A stretch of 62,750 nucleotides of DNA, counting the filler. It is 3 parts of 3 records of this genome, joined end to end, with 100 filler letters (N's around TTAATTAATTAA, not from the genome) between each part and the next. Parts side by side here need not be neighbours in the genome. Positions count along the whole stretch, not along the records: positions 27,000 to 56,439 come from SRR22947727_252; 2 more parts are not named here. One strand, written 5' to 3'. The translations under genes were made by a program, and so were the position numbers. Below are positions 39,036 to 50,136 of the stretch, in pieces; the first letter of the stretch is position 1, and each line of letters begins with the position of its first letter. The notes beneath the pieces are model-generated. The model was not told the origin of the DNA, did not search any database, and saw only the letters and a program-made list of their open reading frames with translations.

Positions 39036-39846
39036 TTTTATTACAAGTAGAAATAAAAACTTTATATTGATTAGCTAAATCAACAGTCTTTTCTTTATCA
39101 ATTATTAAACAACTGTTTTTTTCTAAAAAAACACCTTCATAATTACAATCTTTAAGCAATTTAATAGTCTTTTCACCAATAGTAGGTATATCCAAAATAT
39201 TACTTTGATTATATTTAGCAAACTTTACCAATATTCCTCTATCGCCACTTTTTTTATAGTCTTTACACCTAATTATTAGATTATCTGTACCTTCAACAGC
39301 CTCTAACCCTAAAACTATTTGATTTTGTATTATCATACTTTGTCCTACGTCTATTTCACCAAAAGATTTAAAAACTGATAAAGCTTTTTCTAAATTATTT
39401 CTTGATTTTCTTGTTGGCTTTAATTTAGTTAAGTAATCACTATTAGCAAAAAGTTCCGGGCAATACTCTTTCCAATTAAAATAATCAAAACCATTATCCA
39501 TAAAATATTTTTTGATAGAGACAAGCAAACTGTTATCTCCTGTTTTATTTAATAGTAAATTTTTTGCTAGTTTAAAAGTCTGAAAATCAAAACTTAAATC
39601 TGTAATACTAGGTCTTTTAATATTTCCTGCCATAATTATATTATCTATATTTTTGGCTTTTAAAGACTCAATAATTTTCTTAGCAGATTTAAGATTAATT
39701 ACAGTTACATCTAAATCTTTATAATTTATAATATTTAAAAATTCTTCAATAACAAAGAAAAAAACTTTAAAATTTTTTTTGATTAAGTTTCTACCTATAG
39801 TAATTGGAAGCTTTCCTCCACCAGCGATAATGCCAATATTATTCAT
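39028..39846 (-). CDS. lpxI: UDP-2,3-diacylglucosamine pyrophosphatase LpxI
   Basis: GIIAGGGKLP, DVGQ, EAVEGTD, DIPTIG; located between lpxA and lpxB. Confidence 0.9.
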   Translation of the reverse strand: MNNIGIIAGGGKLPITIGRNLIKKNFKVFFFVIEEFLNIINYKDLDVTVINLKSAKKIIESLKAKNIDNIIMAGNIKRPSITDLSFDFQTFKLAKNLLLNKTGDNSLLVSIKKYFMDNGFDYFNWKEYCPELFANSDYLTKLKPTRKSRNNLEKALSVFKSFGEIDVGQSMIIQNQIVLGLEAVEGTDNLIIRCKDYKKSGDRGILVKFAKYNQSNILDIPTIGEKTIKLLKDCNYEGVFLEKNSCLIIDKEKTVDLANQYKVFISTCNKIE

Positions 39847-40624
39847 TCATAAATGTTGTAATGCCTCTTTTATTAGATTTTTTTATGAATTGTATAATAT
39901 CTTCTATTTCTAAAATATTATCATATTTTTTATCAAGATTTTGAAGATTAATTTCAATAGAATTATTTTTATTAAAAATATCATGTAAGAATGAAGATAT
40001 TAACTTAATGTTCTTATTCGGTATTTTATTTCTTTTTAAACCTATTAAATTTAGACCTTTTAAGCCAGTTCTTATACCAATATATAAACAGTAAGGTAAT
40101 ATATTTTTTTCAACACCACTCATGCCTCCAATCATTGCATTTTTACCAATTTGTACAAACTGATGCACAGCTGAATTACCTCCTATAATTGCATTTTCTT
40201 CAATTTCTACATGCCCTGCCAATGTAGCATTATTTGCTAATATTACATTGGACTCAATTTTACAATCATGAGCAATATGAGAGCCAACCATAAAAAGACA
40301 ATTATTCTTTATCACTGTTTTAAGGCCACCACCTTTTGTTCCTGGGTTGGCAGTAACGTATTCTCTAAAAGTATTATTATCACCAATTACTAAATAATTT
40401 TTTTCATTTGCGAATTTTAGGTCTTGGGGTTCAGAACCTATAGATGAAAATGGATAAAAAATATTATTTTCTCCAATTTCTGTATTGCCAAGTATTGAGA
40501 CATGAGATTTTATTTCACAATTTTTATCAATCCTTACATAGTCTCCAATATAACAAAAAGGACCTATTTTCACACTAGGGTGTATTATTGCTTTTTTTGA
40601 AACATAGGAATTATTTTTTTCCAT
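39839..40624 (-). CDS. lpxA: UDP-N-acetylglucosamine acyltransferase
   Basis: Hexapeptide repeats, PQDLKF, HIAHDC, LAGHV, AVHQF. Confidence 0.96.
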   Translation of the reverse strand: MEKNNSYVSKKAIIHPSVKIGPFCYIGDYVRIDKNCEIKSHVSILGNTEIGENNIFYPFSSIGSEPQDLKFANEKNYLVIGDNNTFREYVTANPGTKGGGLKTVIKNNCLFMVGSHIAHDCKIESNVILANNATLAGHVEIEENAIIGGNSAVHQFVQIGKNAMIGGMSGVEKNILPYCLYIGIRTGLKGLNLIGLKRNKIPNKNIKLISSFLHDIFNKNNSIEINLQNLDKKYDNILEIEDIIQFIKKSNKRGITTFMNE

Positions 40625-40679
40625 ATTTAGTTAATAAAACAAAAAATAATAATTTATATAAATATATTATTTCTATTTA

Positions 40680-41114
40680 TTACTTACCTGTAATCATAGC
40701 TGAAAATTCTGACTCTGCTACTAAATAATCATTATGATAAGCTTTGCCCATAAATTTATAAACATTTTTTAGGCTATTAATCATCTCAACATAAAATTTA
40801 ATTTTATAGTTTGGAAGTACCGGTTTTCTAAATTTAGCTTTATTTATACTCATAAATAATACTGATTGATCGTTTTTATTAATCAAATTTTCTGAAACAA
40901 CAACACCAGCAGTTTGCGCCATTGCTTCAACAATTACTACTCCAGGTACTATAGGATTATCAGGAAAATGCCCTTCAAAAAAATACTCAGTCTCAGCAAA
41001 AGTTCGAAAAGACTCACCTATTTTACCTTTATCTATGATTTTACATTCCTCGATAAAAAGAAAAGGTTTTCTATGAGGTATTAGTTTTTTTATTTCTTCA
41101 ATATTTAATATCAT
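40680..41114 (-). CDS. fabZ: 3-hydroxyacyl-ACP dehydratase
   Basis: IPHRKPFL, FFEGHFP, PGV.IVEAMAQ, KFRKPV.P. Confidence 0.96.
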   Translation of the reverse strand: MILNIEEIKKLIPHRKPFLFIEECKIIDKGKIGESFRTFAETEYFFEGHFPDNPIVPGVVIVEAMAQTAGVVVSENLINKNDQSVLFMSINKAKFRKPVLPNYKIKFYVEMINSLKNVYKFMGKAYHNDYLVAESEFSAMITGK

Positions 41115-42115
41115 CACAATTTATTTAATTTTATAGAGGAAATTTTCCATCTTTTTATATCAACTGCTGGAAAACCTGCAACAATAGAGTTATCTTTAAT
41201 ATTTTTAGTCACTCCGCTTTTGGCAGCTATTTGAACATTGTTACCAATAGTAAGATGTCCTGAAATTCCAACCTGACCTCCAATCATTACATTATTTCCT
41301 ATAGTTGTGCTGCCAGCTATTCCAGTTTGGGCAGCAATAATAGCTTCATCACCAATATAAACATTATGAGCTATTTGAACTAGATTATCTATAAAGGAAT
41401 TTTTTGAAATAATAGTTGAATCAAAAACTGCTCTATCAATTGTGGTGTTAGAACCTATATTACAATTATCACCAATTAAAACATTACCTATATGATTTAT
41501 TGTTACTTTTGATCTTGGATCAAAACCAAAACCTGTTCCCCCAATAACAGAGCCTGATTTGATTACACAATTTGCTCCTATTATACAATCTTGTAGATTA
41601 CAATTAGAATATATTATTGAATTTTTACCAATAATAACATTTGGGCCAATTTTACAATTTGATTGAATAATTACATTATCTGCTATTTTACAGTTTTCAT
41701 AAATATTTACAAAACTGTCAATCTGAACATTATTTTTTAGAGTAGCAGTATTACTAATTGATGAATATTTTGATATAATACCATTAGATTTATTTTTAGA
41801 TGAATATAAATTTGATATTATCGCAAAAGACTTATAAGTATCTTCTACTAAAATAGATGCTGTTGAAGCTGGTAAATACTTTAAATACTCCTTATTTATT
41901 AGGCAGGCTTTGGCTTTGGTTTTTGTAAGTTTATTTAATTGTGAAGTATTATTAAAAAAAGTTAAATCATACTCTTTAGCATTACTTATTGAGTTTAAAG
42001 AATTAAAAAGTTCATTATCATCTAAATTAGAGATAGGATTTAAATCATTAGAGATTAATAAATTTTTAATATCAAAGTATGTAATTTTTTTAATATTTTT
42101 CAAAATTAATCTCAA
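41114..42115 (-). CDS. lpxD: UDP-3-O-acyl-glucosamine N-acyltransferase
   Basis: GGTGFGF, IGSNTTIDR, IDNLVQIAHNV, GIAGST; start codon uncertain. Confidence 0.95.
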   Translation of the reverse strand: MRLILKNIKKITYFDIKNLLISNDLNPISNLDDNELFNSLNSISNAKEYDLTFFNNTSQLNKLTKTKAKACLINKEYLKYLPASTASILVEDTYKSFAIISNLYSSKNKSNGIISKYSSISNTATLKNNVQIDSFVNIYENCKIADNVIIQSNCKIGPNVIIGKNSIIYSNCNLQDCIIGANCVIKSGSVIGGTGFGFDPRSKVTINHIGNVLIGDNCNIGSNTTIDRAVFDSTIISKNSFIDNLVQIAHNVYIGDEAIIAAQTGIAGSTTIGNNVMIGGQVGISGHLTIGNNVQIAAKSGVTKNIKDNSIVAGFPAVDIKRWKISSIKLNKL

Positions 42116-42611
42116 TTTTTATATTATTAACTTTTTCTTCAACTAAATCAGTAATATTAATAGAGTTACTCGATAAAATATAATTATTAGAATCTAAAAT
42201 TAGATCAATTTTATTGTCATCAGAGAACTTTTTTAAAACATCAAGAATTATATTAATTATTTTATTTTTAAAATTATTTACTTGAAGTTCATAGTGTAAA
42301 TTAAATTTTTCAATTTTATTATTAAAGTTATTAAGTTTTTGGTTGTAAATTTCTACTTCATTTTCAAATTCTTCAGGCTCAAGAATTAACTTCAATTCTT
42401 CTATTTTTTGTAGTTCTTTTTGAAAATTTAGTTCTTCTTTTGTAAATATAGCTGTGTGAGTTTGTTGATCTTTATTAATAAGATCATATAGTGAGACAAG
42501 GCTTGTATTATTTTGAATTATTTTCTGAAAATCTAATACTCGTATATTTGTTGAAAAAGCACTAGTACTAAAAGTGATAATTATAAAACTTAAAAATATT
42601 GTTATTCTCAA
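42090..42611 (-). CDS. skp: OmpH/Skp periplasmic chaperone
   Basis: Signal peptide, IRVLDFQKI, coiled coil, IDLILD...INIT; located between bamA and lpxD. Confidence 0.75.
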   Translation of the reverse strand: MRITIFLSFIIITFSTSAFSTNIRVLDFQKIIQNNTSLVSLYDLINKDQQTHTAIFTKEELNFQKELQKIEELKLILEPEEFENEVEIYNQKLNNFNNKIEKFNLHYELQVNNFKNKIINIILDVLKKFSDDNKIDLILDSNNYILSSNSINITDLVEEKVNNIKIEINFEKY

Positions 42612-44848
42612 TTTAAATTTCCTATTGAAAATAAAAACATTCTCTTAATATCATAATCTTTATCAACAAGAGGAAATCCCCATGAAAAGCCAATTGGACC
42701 TATTGGGGAATAATAATTAAATCCAAACCCGTATGATGCCCTTATATCTTTATCTGAAGAAGTAACAGTATTCTTATTACCCCAGATAGAGCCATAATCA
42801 TTAAATAAATTTAAATAAATAGGATTTTGTTCATTGAATGAAATAGGTTTAGAAAAATCAAGCTTTAAAGCTACGACGTTGTTACCCCCAACATATGAAG
42901 TTCTTGAATTCCTAGGACCTGCACCAAAAGAATCAAAACCTCTCAGCCATTTCCCCCCAAGAGAAAATTTATTATCAGATAAAATTTCGTTGTTATTAAA
43001 AGAAAAAATATTCCCTGCTTTGGCTTGTGCAGAAAAGATATTTTTACTCATTGAAATGTATTTCTTTCCAGTTATGACATTTTTAACAAATCCATTAGTG
43101 GAACTTGAGGGCGTTTCTATAAAATTAAAAAATGAAAGAAAGTTACCTCTTGAAGGTTTTAAGAGGGAATTAAGAGTATTAAAAGAAAAATCATTAGAAA
43201 AATTAAAACTAACACTTTCACCTTCAGAATTTTTTATGTTATTATTTACAGAAGATAAGTTAGATACCTTATAATCTTTAAGAGAATAACCAAGACCAAG
43301 AGTATGATAAGTATAATTAGCAAATTTATATTTAAAACTAGTATCGAAAGTTAATGAATTTAATTTATATGATTGTGAATTGGTATAATCATTTTCTTTG
43401 TAATTTACAGAATATCCATGATTAACATTATTATTAAAAAATAGCTTATCTGAAGTACTTAATACAAATTCCTTATTGTCATTATTAGTATTTACTAAAA
43501 ATTCTAATGTTCTTCCAGTGCCATTTATATTATTTTCCTTTAATCCACTGACAAAAGAAGCGCCATCTAAAGAGCCTATTGAAAAACCTACATTAAATGA
43601 GCCTGTTTGAGTTTCTTCAACAACTATATCTATGTTTTGAGAGTTTTCATCTATAATAAGTGCTTCAACTTTTGCACTTTTTATAAAATTTAATCGATTT
43701 AATTGTCGATTAATATTTTTGATTTTTGTATCATTAATTGGATCTCCTTCAGATAATTTTAATTCCCTTCTAAAAACATAGTCATAAGTTCTTTCGTTTC
43801 CTGAAATATTTATTTGATTAACATAGGAGGGTTGTGTTGAAGAAATTTTAAATAAAATATCAGCATTGTAATTATTAAATTTTTCAAAAGCTGTTATCTT
43901 ATAATATTGAATACCTTTATTTTCTAAAATTTTAGAAATATCAAACTCAATTTCATCAAGCTTTGCAGCATGATAAATATTTTTAAGATTATTTTGATTT
44001 TTATCAATTAATGCTAGAAATTCGCCATTTACATCTATGTTGTTATCTAAATTATTTTCAATATTTAAAGCAGCAATGAAGTAAGGCTGACCTTCATTTA
44101 CTAAAAAATTGATGTCAACTTTATTATTTGGAAAATACTCAACATCATAATCAATATTTACATCTTTGTAACCTTGTTCTTTATAAAAATTTTGGATTCT
44201 AATTTTATCATTATTTAACTGAAAAATTTTAAAATTATTATTGGCAAAAATATTAGTAATATTTTTTGTTTTAGATTTTATTATTGATAAAATTGTATTT
44301 TTATCGAATAAAGTATTTCCAATTATATTAATTTTTTTAATTTTTGTAATCCCACCTTCTTTAAAATCTATATAAACATCAGATGAATTATTAGAATATT
44401 CTTCACTTTTGTACTCTATTTGAATGTTATTATATCCTAGAGATTGATAAATTTTTGTTAGTTCATCAATTAAAATATTAATTTTAGTTTCTGATAAAGT
44501 ATATAATTCTAATTCATTAACAATATTATCAATATCCTCATCCTTAATCCTTTCATTATTTTCATAAATAAATTTATTAATTGAAGGGTATTCAATAATT
44601 TTAATTATATAATTTTTAGAGTCATAAGAGACTTCTACTGACTTAAAAAAGTTAGAATTAATTAATTTTTTTAAAATAAAATTTGATTTAGATTTTACAT
44701 CAATATCTGGTATTTCATCAATAATACTTATAACAATATCGTCATCGGTATATTCATTTCCCTCAATTATAAAATCTCTTCCAAAAACCTCAAAATTTAT
44801 AAAAAATAATAAAAAAAATAATGACTTAATAAAAGTTAATTTTTTCAC
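42608..44848 (-). CDS. bamA: Outer membrane protein assembly factor BamA
   Basis: POTRA repeats (GNERT...RREL), E.NINGTG, LRGFDSFGAGPR, SPIGP. Confidence 0.95.
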   Translation of the reverse strand: MKKLTFIKSLFFLLFFINFEVFGRDFIIEGNEYTDDDIVISIIDEIPDIDVKSKSNFILKKLINSNFFKSVEVSYDSKNYIIKIIEYPSINKFIYENNERIKDEDIDNIVNELELYTLSETKINILIDELTKIYQSLGYNNIQIEYKSEEYSNNSSDVYIDFKEGGITKIKKINIIGNTLFDKNTILSIIKSKTKNITNIFANNNFKIFQLNNDKIRIQNFYKEQGYKDVNIDYDVEYFPNNKVDINFLVNEGQPYFIAALNIENNLDNNIDVNGEFLALIDKNQNNLKNIYHAAKLDEIEFDISKILENKGIQYYKITAFEKFNNYNADILFKISSTQPSYVNQINISGNERTYDYVFRRELKLSEGDPINDTKIKNINRQLNRLNFIKSAKVEALIIDENSQNIDIVVEETQTGSFNVGFSIGSLDGASFVSGLKENNINGTGRTLEFLVNTNNDNKEFVLSTSDKLFFNNNVNHGYSVNYKENDYTNSQSYKLNSLTFDTSFKYKFANYTYHTLGLGYSLKDYKVSNLSSVNNNIKNSEGESVSFNFSNDFSFNTLNSLLKPSRGNFLSFFNFIETPSSSTNGFVKNVITGKKYISMSKNIFSAQAKAGNIFSFNNNEILSDNKFSLGGKWLRGFDSFGAGPRNSRTSYVGGNNVVALKLDFSKPISFNEQNPIYLNLFNDYGSIWGNKNTVTSSDKDIRASYGFGFNYYSPIGPIGFSWGFPLVDKDYDIKRMFLFSIGNLN

Positions 44849-45968
44849 TTATTTTAATCTCCAATAATTCATGATAATCTATAATATCTTTAATATTATT
44901 TAATTTATATTCCATATTTAATGAAGTTATTTTACGGATTATTTTCAAAATTTCTGTATATTTTATATATTTATTTTTAAACAAATTCACAGCATATTCA
45001 TTTCCAACATTAAACCTTATAATATTTGTAGGGTGAGATTTGTCTAAATTTTTAAAAAACTTATATACTGGAAATTCTTGATGCTTTATGGTCGAAAAGT
45101 TAAAAGTTGTGTTATTTGATATTTTAAATTTATTATTATTTAATAAGTAATTATACTTTTGATTTAAAAAATTATATATAGGTATTAGCATATCATTTTG
45201 AAAAGCGATCATATTATAAATATAATTATTATATTCAAAAATTGAATGAATTTGGGATTCTGGATGCATCAGAATGTCAAGCTTATCAAAAGGTAAATCA
45301 AATAAGTAATGAGCCTCAACTAATTCTAAGCATTTATTTACTAAGGTAGCTGAATCAATGCTGTTTTTATATCCCATATTCCATTTAGGGTGATTAGAAG
45401 CTTCTATAAAAGAAATGTTTTTAAGTGATTTATAAGTTTGCCCTAAAAAAGGCCCCCCAGAAGCAGTTAAAATAAGTTTATTTATTTCTAAATTATTTTG
45501 ATTAATATTTTGAAAGATTGAAAAATGCTCAGAATCTAAAGGATATATTTTATTTTTAAATTTATTTTTAAAATTATTAAATAAATGACCTGCTGATACG
45601 ACAGCTTCTTTGCTTACTAAACCAAGAGATTCAGTATTATGAAGAATTGGCTCAAGGTAATTTAATGATTTATATCCTGAAATTGCAAGTAGACTTAATT
45701 CAGATTTTGAATTTAACAAGTATGATTTTAAATCATCAAAATTTATTATTTTAACTTTTTTATTAATATTTTTTTTTAAATAATTTAATTTAGTTGCGTC
45801 ATTAAGATAAACATATTTTGGAGAATGTGTTTCAATTTGGTTTATGAGTTTTTTAACATTTTTATTTGCACATAGTAAATTTATTTTAATTGATGGAAAA
45901 TATTTTTTAATTATAACTAATGTTTTGCTGCCAATTATCCCTGTTGAACCAAAAATATTAATTAACAT
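44826..45968 (-). CDS. dxr: 1-deoxy-D-xylulose-5-phosphate reductoisomerase
   Basis: GSTGIIG, PLDSEH, LTASGGPF, HPKWNMG, DSATLVNK.LE..EAH. Confidence 0.93.
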   Translation of the reverse strand: MLINIFGSTGIIGSKTLVIIKKYFPSIKINLLCANKNVKKLINQIETHSPKYVYLNDATKLNYLKKNINKKVKIINFDDLKSYLLNSKSELSLLAISGYKSLNYLEPILHNTESLGLVSKEAVVSAGHLFNNFKNKFKNKIYPLDSEHFSIFQNINQNNLEINKLILTASGGPFLGQTYKSLKNISFIEASNHPKWNMGYKNSIDSATLVNKCLELVEAHYLFDLPFDKLDILMHPESQIHSIFEYNNYIYNMIAFQNDMLIPIYNFLNQKYNYLLNNNKFKISNNTTFNFSTIKHQEFPVYKFFKNLDKSHPTNIIRFNVGNEYAVNLFKNKYIKYTEILKIIRKITSLNMEYKLNNIKDIIDYHELLEIKISEKINFY

Positions 45969-45971
45969 AAA

Positions 45972-46592
45972 TTATAATGAACTAAATAAAGTTAAAAATA
46001 TAATTGAAGATATAAAACTATCAAATCTATCAAAAAAACCACCATGACCAAGAAGGTATTTACTAGAATCCTTAATATTGTTTTTTCTTTTAAAATAAGA
46101 TTCAATCAAATCACCAGTTATTGAAATACATATTATGAGATTTAGTAATATGATAAATGTCTTTAGATTCATTTCAATATAAAAAATTAAAAAAAAACCA
46201 ATAAGAAAGATATTAACAAATATTATTCCGCCTAAATAACCTTCTAAAGTTTTTTTTGGGCTTAAATATTTAAAAATATTATTTTTACCAAATAATTTAC
46301 CAGAAATATAACTAAAACTATCAAAAAGAATAATAGTAAAAACATAAATATTAAATATTGTAAAATCAAAAAAAATAAAAAAGTATAACGCAAAACAAAG
46401 ATATGATAATAACAAATAAAATAGTATTATTAAAAAAAAATTCTTAAAAGATTTGAATATTTCAAATAAAACAAAGCAATATATCAAAGTACCAAGTGAA
46501 AATAATAGATACTTATTGTTATAAGAAAGAAAATAAACAGCGATAAAAAATATAGATAGAGATAATCGAGTAAGTAAGTTTTTATAAACCAT
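45972..46592 (-). CDS. cdsA: Phosphatidate cytidylyltransferase
   Basis: SPKKTLEG, GDLIESYFKR, KDSS...GHGGFFDRFDS. Confidence 0.95.
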   Translation of the reverse strand: MVYKNLLTRLSLSIFFIAVYFLSYNNKYLLFSLGTLIYCFVLFEIFKSFKNFFLIILFYLLLSYLCFALYFFIFFDFTIFNIYVFTIILFDSFSYISGKLFGKNNIFKYLSPKKTLEGYLGGIIFVNIFLIGFFLIFYIEMNLKTFIILLNLIICISITGDLIESYFKRKNNIKDSSKYLLGHGGFFDRFDSFISSIIFLTLFSSL

Positions 46593-47265
46593 AAGTTCTG
46601 TTTATAGATTTATATTTAATAATTAATTTTTTAAGTTCATCAAAACTAAAATCTGGCCAAAGTGTTTCAATAAAAAAAATTTCAGTATAAGTAAGATTAT
46701 ACATTATAAAATTACTTAGTCTTTTTTCACCCCCAGTTCTAATTAATAAATCCGGATCTTTAATTTTTCCAAGTAAAAATAACTCTTTTATGTCTTCAGG
46801 GCTACTAATATTAAGAGATGAATTATCTTTAAGTTTTTGTAAAACTTGTTGTATTTCATTTTTAAAACCGTAATTAAATGCTAAATTTAAGTTTAATTCA
46901 CTATTGTTTACAGTTTCATATTCACAATGATCAATAAGCTTTAGAATTTTATTTGGTAAATTCAACTTTGAACCTATGATTTTTATTTTTACTTTTTTTT
47001 CTTCAATAATTTTTTCAAAAAAAAATGAAAAATCATCATAGATTACTTGAAAAATATTATTTATTGATTGTCTTTGAGTATTTTCTGAAGAAAGCGTGAA
47101 TAATGTTAAGTATTTTAATTTTATTTCAATACAATTGATTATTAATTGTGAGATATTGTTTAGGCCTTTTTTATAAGCATTTTTTAAATTAATATTATTT
47201 TTTTTTGCCCATCTTTTATTACCATCTAGTATAAGGGCAATATGCTCTAGACTATTATAAGACAA
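46582..47265 (-). CDS. uppS: Undecaprenyl diphosphate synthase
   Basis: HIALILDGNKRWA, SSEN, DPDLLIRTGGEKRLSNF, LWPDF. Confidence 0.95.
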   Translation of the reverse strand: MSYNSLEHIALILDGNKRWAKKNNINLKNAYKKGLNNISQLIINCIEIKLKYLTLFTLSSENTQRQSINNIFQVIYDDFSFFFEKIIEEKKVKIKIIGSKLNLPNKILKLIDHCEYETVNNSELNLNLAFNYGFKNEIQQVLQKLKDNSSLNISSPEDIKELFLLGKIKDPDLLIRTGGEKRLSNFIMYNLTYTEIFFIETLWPDFSFDELKKLIIKYKSINRTYGL

Positions 47266-47266
47266 A

Positions 47267-47815
47267 TTAGACCTTCATAATATCAGTTTTTTTTTGTTCT
47301 AGAATTTTATCAATATTTGATATGTATTTATCTGTATAATTTTGAGCTTCAGAAAGAAATTTTTTCAATTCATCTTCTGATAATTGAGATTCTTTTTTTT
47401 CACGTTTTTTTATTTCAATAAAATCTCTTCTAATATTTCTGATAGAAACTTTTGAGCTTTCAGCATATTGAGAAGCTATTTTAGTAAGCTCATTTCTTCT
47501 CTCTTCACTTAATTTAGGAATAGGGAGTCGAATTAATGCTCCTTCTACCTGAGGATTAATACCTAGATTAGACTCAAGAATAGAATTCTCAATATTTTTT
47601 GTGAGACTAATGTCCCATACTTGAATTGTAAGCATACTTGAGTCTGGAGATGAAATATTACCTAATTGATTTATAGGTGTTTTTGATCCATAAGCATCTA
47701 TAAAAATATTTTCAAGCATTGTTGGGTTCGCCCTTGATGTTCTTATAGTCTGTAATTCTTTTTCAAAATGCTCAATTGAGCTAGCCATTTTATTATCTAA
47801 GTCTTCTAAATTCAT
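47267..47815 (-). CDS. frr: Ribosome recycling factor
   Basis: IRTSRANP, LGINP, LSEERR, KVSIRNIRRD. Confidence 0.96.
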   Translation of the reverse strand: MNLEDLDNKMASSIEHFEKELQTIRTSRANPTMLENIFIDAYGSKTPINQLGNISSPDSSMLTIQVWDISLTKNIENSILESNLGINPQVEGALIRLPIPKLSEERRNELTKIASQYAESSKVSIRNIRRDFIEIKKREKKESQLSEDELKKFLSEAQNYTDKYISNIDKILEQKKTDIMKV

Positions 47816-47817
47816 AA

Positions 47818-48519
47818 TTAATGTATTTTACTATAACTTCCTTCTTCTTTCAAAGCTCTTATTAATGAATTTTCTTCAAATATATTTGTAATATATATTG
47901 GAATACCTGATTCTTTTGCCAAACTAATTGCAGTCAAATCCATCACTCTCAGATTTTTAGAGATAACTTTAGCATAAGTGATATCTTTAATTAATTTTGC
48001 ATTTTTATCTAAATTAGGATCACTATCATAAATACCATTAACTTTTGTCGCTTTAAGTATTTTTAAACAACCCATTTCAGAAGCCCTCAATGAAGCTGCA
48101 GTATCGGTAGAGAAAAAAGGATTTCCAGTACCTGCTGCAAATATAACAATGCGGTTTTTTTCTAAATGTCTAACAGCTTTTCTTTTGATATAAGGCTCAG
48201 CTATTTGAGACATTGAAATAGCTGACTGAACTCGAGTTGGTACATTGATTTTCTCTAAACAGCTTTGAAGAGAAAGAGCGTTCATTATAGTTGCTAACAT
48301 ACCCATATAATCTGAAGTAGACCTATCTATTCCTTCAGAAGCACCTTTGACACCTCTAAAAATATTTCCCCCACCTATTATTAAGCAAATTTCATAATTT
48401 AAGTTAGCAATTTTTTTTATTTCTTTAGAAATAAAGTTTATCGTAGATACATCAATTCCATAACCAGAAGCTCCCATTAGAGCCTCTCCAGAAAGTTTAA
48501 TTAAAATTCTTTCTTTCAT
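47818..48519 (-). CDS. pyrH: UMP kinase
   Basis: KLSGEAL, GGGNIFRG, DYMGMLAT, GTGNPFFSTD. Confidence 0.97.
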   Translation of the reverse strand: MKERILIKLSGEALMGASGYGIDVSTINFISKEIKKIANLNYEICLIIGGGNIFRGVKGASEGIDRSTSDYMGMLATIMNALSLQSCLEKINVPTRVQSAISMSQIAEPYIKRKAVRHLEKNRIVIFAAGTGNPFFSTDTAASLRASEMGCLKILKATKVNGIYDSDPNLDKNAKLIKDITYAKVISKNLRVMDLTAISLAKESGIPIYITNIFEENSLIRALKEEGSYSKIH

Positions 48520-49373
48520 TAAAGTGATATCAAAATATAATTCTTTAAAATAAAACTATTTGATAAATTAAAATCACTTATTGCCTCTTTAATAGTTTTA
48601 TCAGTATCTATTACAAAATTTTGATTTAATAAAGTTACCTCACTATAGAATTTCTTCATCTTACCATCTAATATTTTTTCCATTACGTTAGATGGCTTAC
48701 CTGAATCCTTGATAATCTCTGACTGTATCTTCTTTTCATTTTCAATTAATTCAGCAGGTAACATATCTATATCAATAGCCTCAGGTTTTGAAGCAGCGAC
48801 ATGCATGCAAATATTTTTAGAGAAATTTTTAACATTATCATTTTCTTCTTCAGTAGAATAAAGTACTGCAGAAATAATTTTTCCAATATTTTTTCTGTAC
48901 GGATTATGAATATAATAATTTATTTTGGTTTCTTTATTATCAGATATTTTTAAGTCACTTATAATTAAATTTTCTCCAATTTTTGCAATCATTTCATTTA
49001 GTAAATCAAAGATGCTTTTTCCATTATTTTCAACTTTTAAAAACCCATTTAAGTCTAAATTTATATCATTAGTACTCAAAGCAATATTCCCAATAGTATC
49101 AAGAAAATCAAGAAAAGTATCACTTTTGGCTGAAAAATCAGTTTCTGAATTTATTTTTAATATTACTGAAATATTTTCATTGTTATAAAAACCGATAGCG
49201 CCCTCATTAGCTTCTCTAGAAGATTTTTTTGAAGCTTTAGCTAACCCTTTTTTTCTAAGAGAATCAATAGATTGCTCAATATTATTATTATTTTCACTTA
49301 ATGCGTTTTTACAATCTAGAAATCCAGCACCAGTTTTCTCTCGTAGTTCTTTTATTAAATTTAGATCTGACAT
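48519..49373 (-). CDS. tsf: Elongation factor Ts
   Basis: IKELREKTGAG..DCK.AL, LRKKG, NSETDF, CMHVAA. Confidence 0.97.
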   Translation of the reverse strand: MSDLNLIKELREKTGAGFLDCKNALSENNNNIEQSIDSLRKKGLAKASKKSSREANEGAIGFYNNENISVILKINSETDFSAKSDTFLDFLDTIGNIALSTNDINLDLNGFLKVENNGKSIFDLLNEMIAKIGENLIISDLKISDNKETKINYYIHNPYRKNIGKIISAVLYSTEEENDNVKNFSKNICMHVAASKPEAIDIDMLPAELIENEKKIQSEIIKDSGKPSNVMEKILDGKMKKFYSEVTLLNQNFVIDTDKTIKEAISDFNLSNSFILKNYILISL

Positions 49374-49401
49374 TTAATCTCCTATATTAATAATTTAAAA
49401 A

Positions 49402-50133
49402 TTAATTTAAATCTTCTTTTTCAGCATCAATTTGATCTTTAGAGAATTGACGAGCATCATTCATCGTTTCTAAAAAATATTTTTTATATAAATTAATTGA
49501 TCTAATAGCATCATCATTCCCTGGTATAACATAGTCTATTAGTTCTGGATCTGCATTAGTATCAACAATACCTACAATTGGTATATTAAGTTTTCTAGAT
49601 TCAAGAACTGCTAATTTATCTTTAACAACATCCATAATTACAATTAAGTCTGGCTTTCCATTTAAATTTTTTATCCCACCTAAATTTAAATGAAGCTTAT
49701 CCTTTTCTCTTGATCTCTCTAGCAATTCCTTTTTTGAAACACTATTTATAAAAGCAGGATCGCTTATTGTGTCTTCCAGCTCGTTTAATCTATTTATAGA
49801 ATTTGAAATTGTTTTCCAGTTAGTTAGAGTTCCACCAAGCCATCTTTTATTTACAAAAAAATTATTTGTGGTTTCTGCTAATTCTTTGACAGACTCAGAA
49901 CATTGTTTCTTTGTTCCTACAAATAAAATTTTTCCAGATTTAGATACTGTTTCGTGTATTTTAACTAAAGAGTTATTTAAAGCTTCTAATGTAATTCTTA
50001 AGTCGAATATATGAATATTATTTCTTACTCCAAAAATATAGTTTTCCATTTTAGGATTCCATCTTCTTACATTATGACCAAAATGGACACCCGCTTCGAG
50101 TAAATCTTCAATTTTAACTTCAGGTAAATTCAT
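49402..50133 (-). CDS. rpsB: 30S ribosomal protein S2
   Basis: [36 protein letters not shown]. The likely start is the ATG at 50133, with SD GGAG upstream. Confidence 0.97.
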   Translation of the reverse strand: MNLPEVKIEDLLEAGVHFGHNVRRWNPKMENYIFGVRNNIHIFDLRITLEALNNSLVKIHETVSKSGKILFVGTKKQCSESVKELAETTNNFFVNKRWLGGTLTNWKTISNSINRLNELEDTISDPAFINSVSKKELLERSREKDKLHLNLGGIKNLNGKPDLIVIMDVVKDKLAVLESRKLNIPIVGIVDTNADPELIDYVIPGNDDAIRSINLYKKYFLETMNDARQFSKDQIDAEKEDLN

Positions 50134-50136
50134 AGT

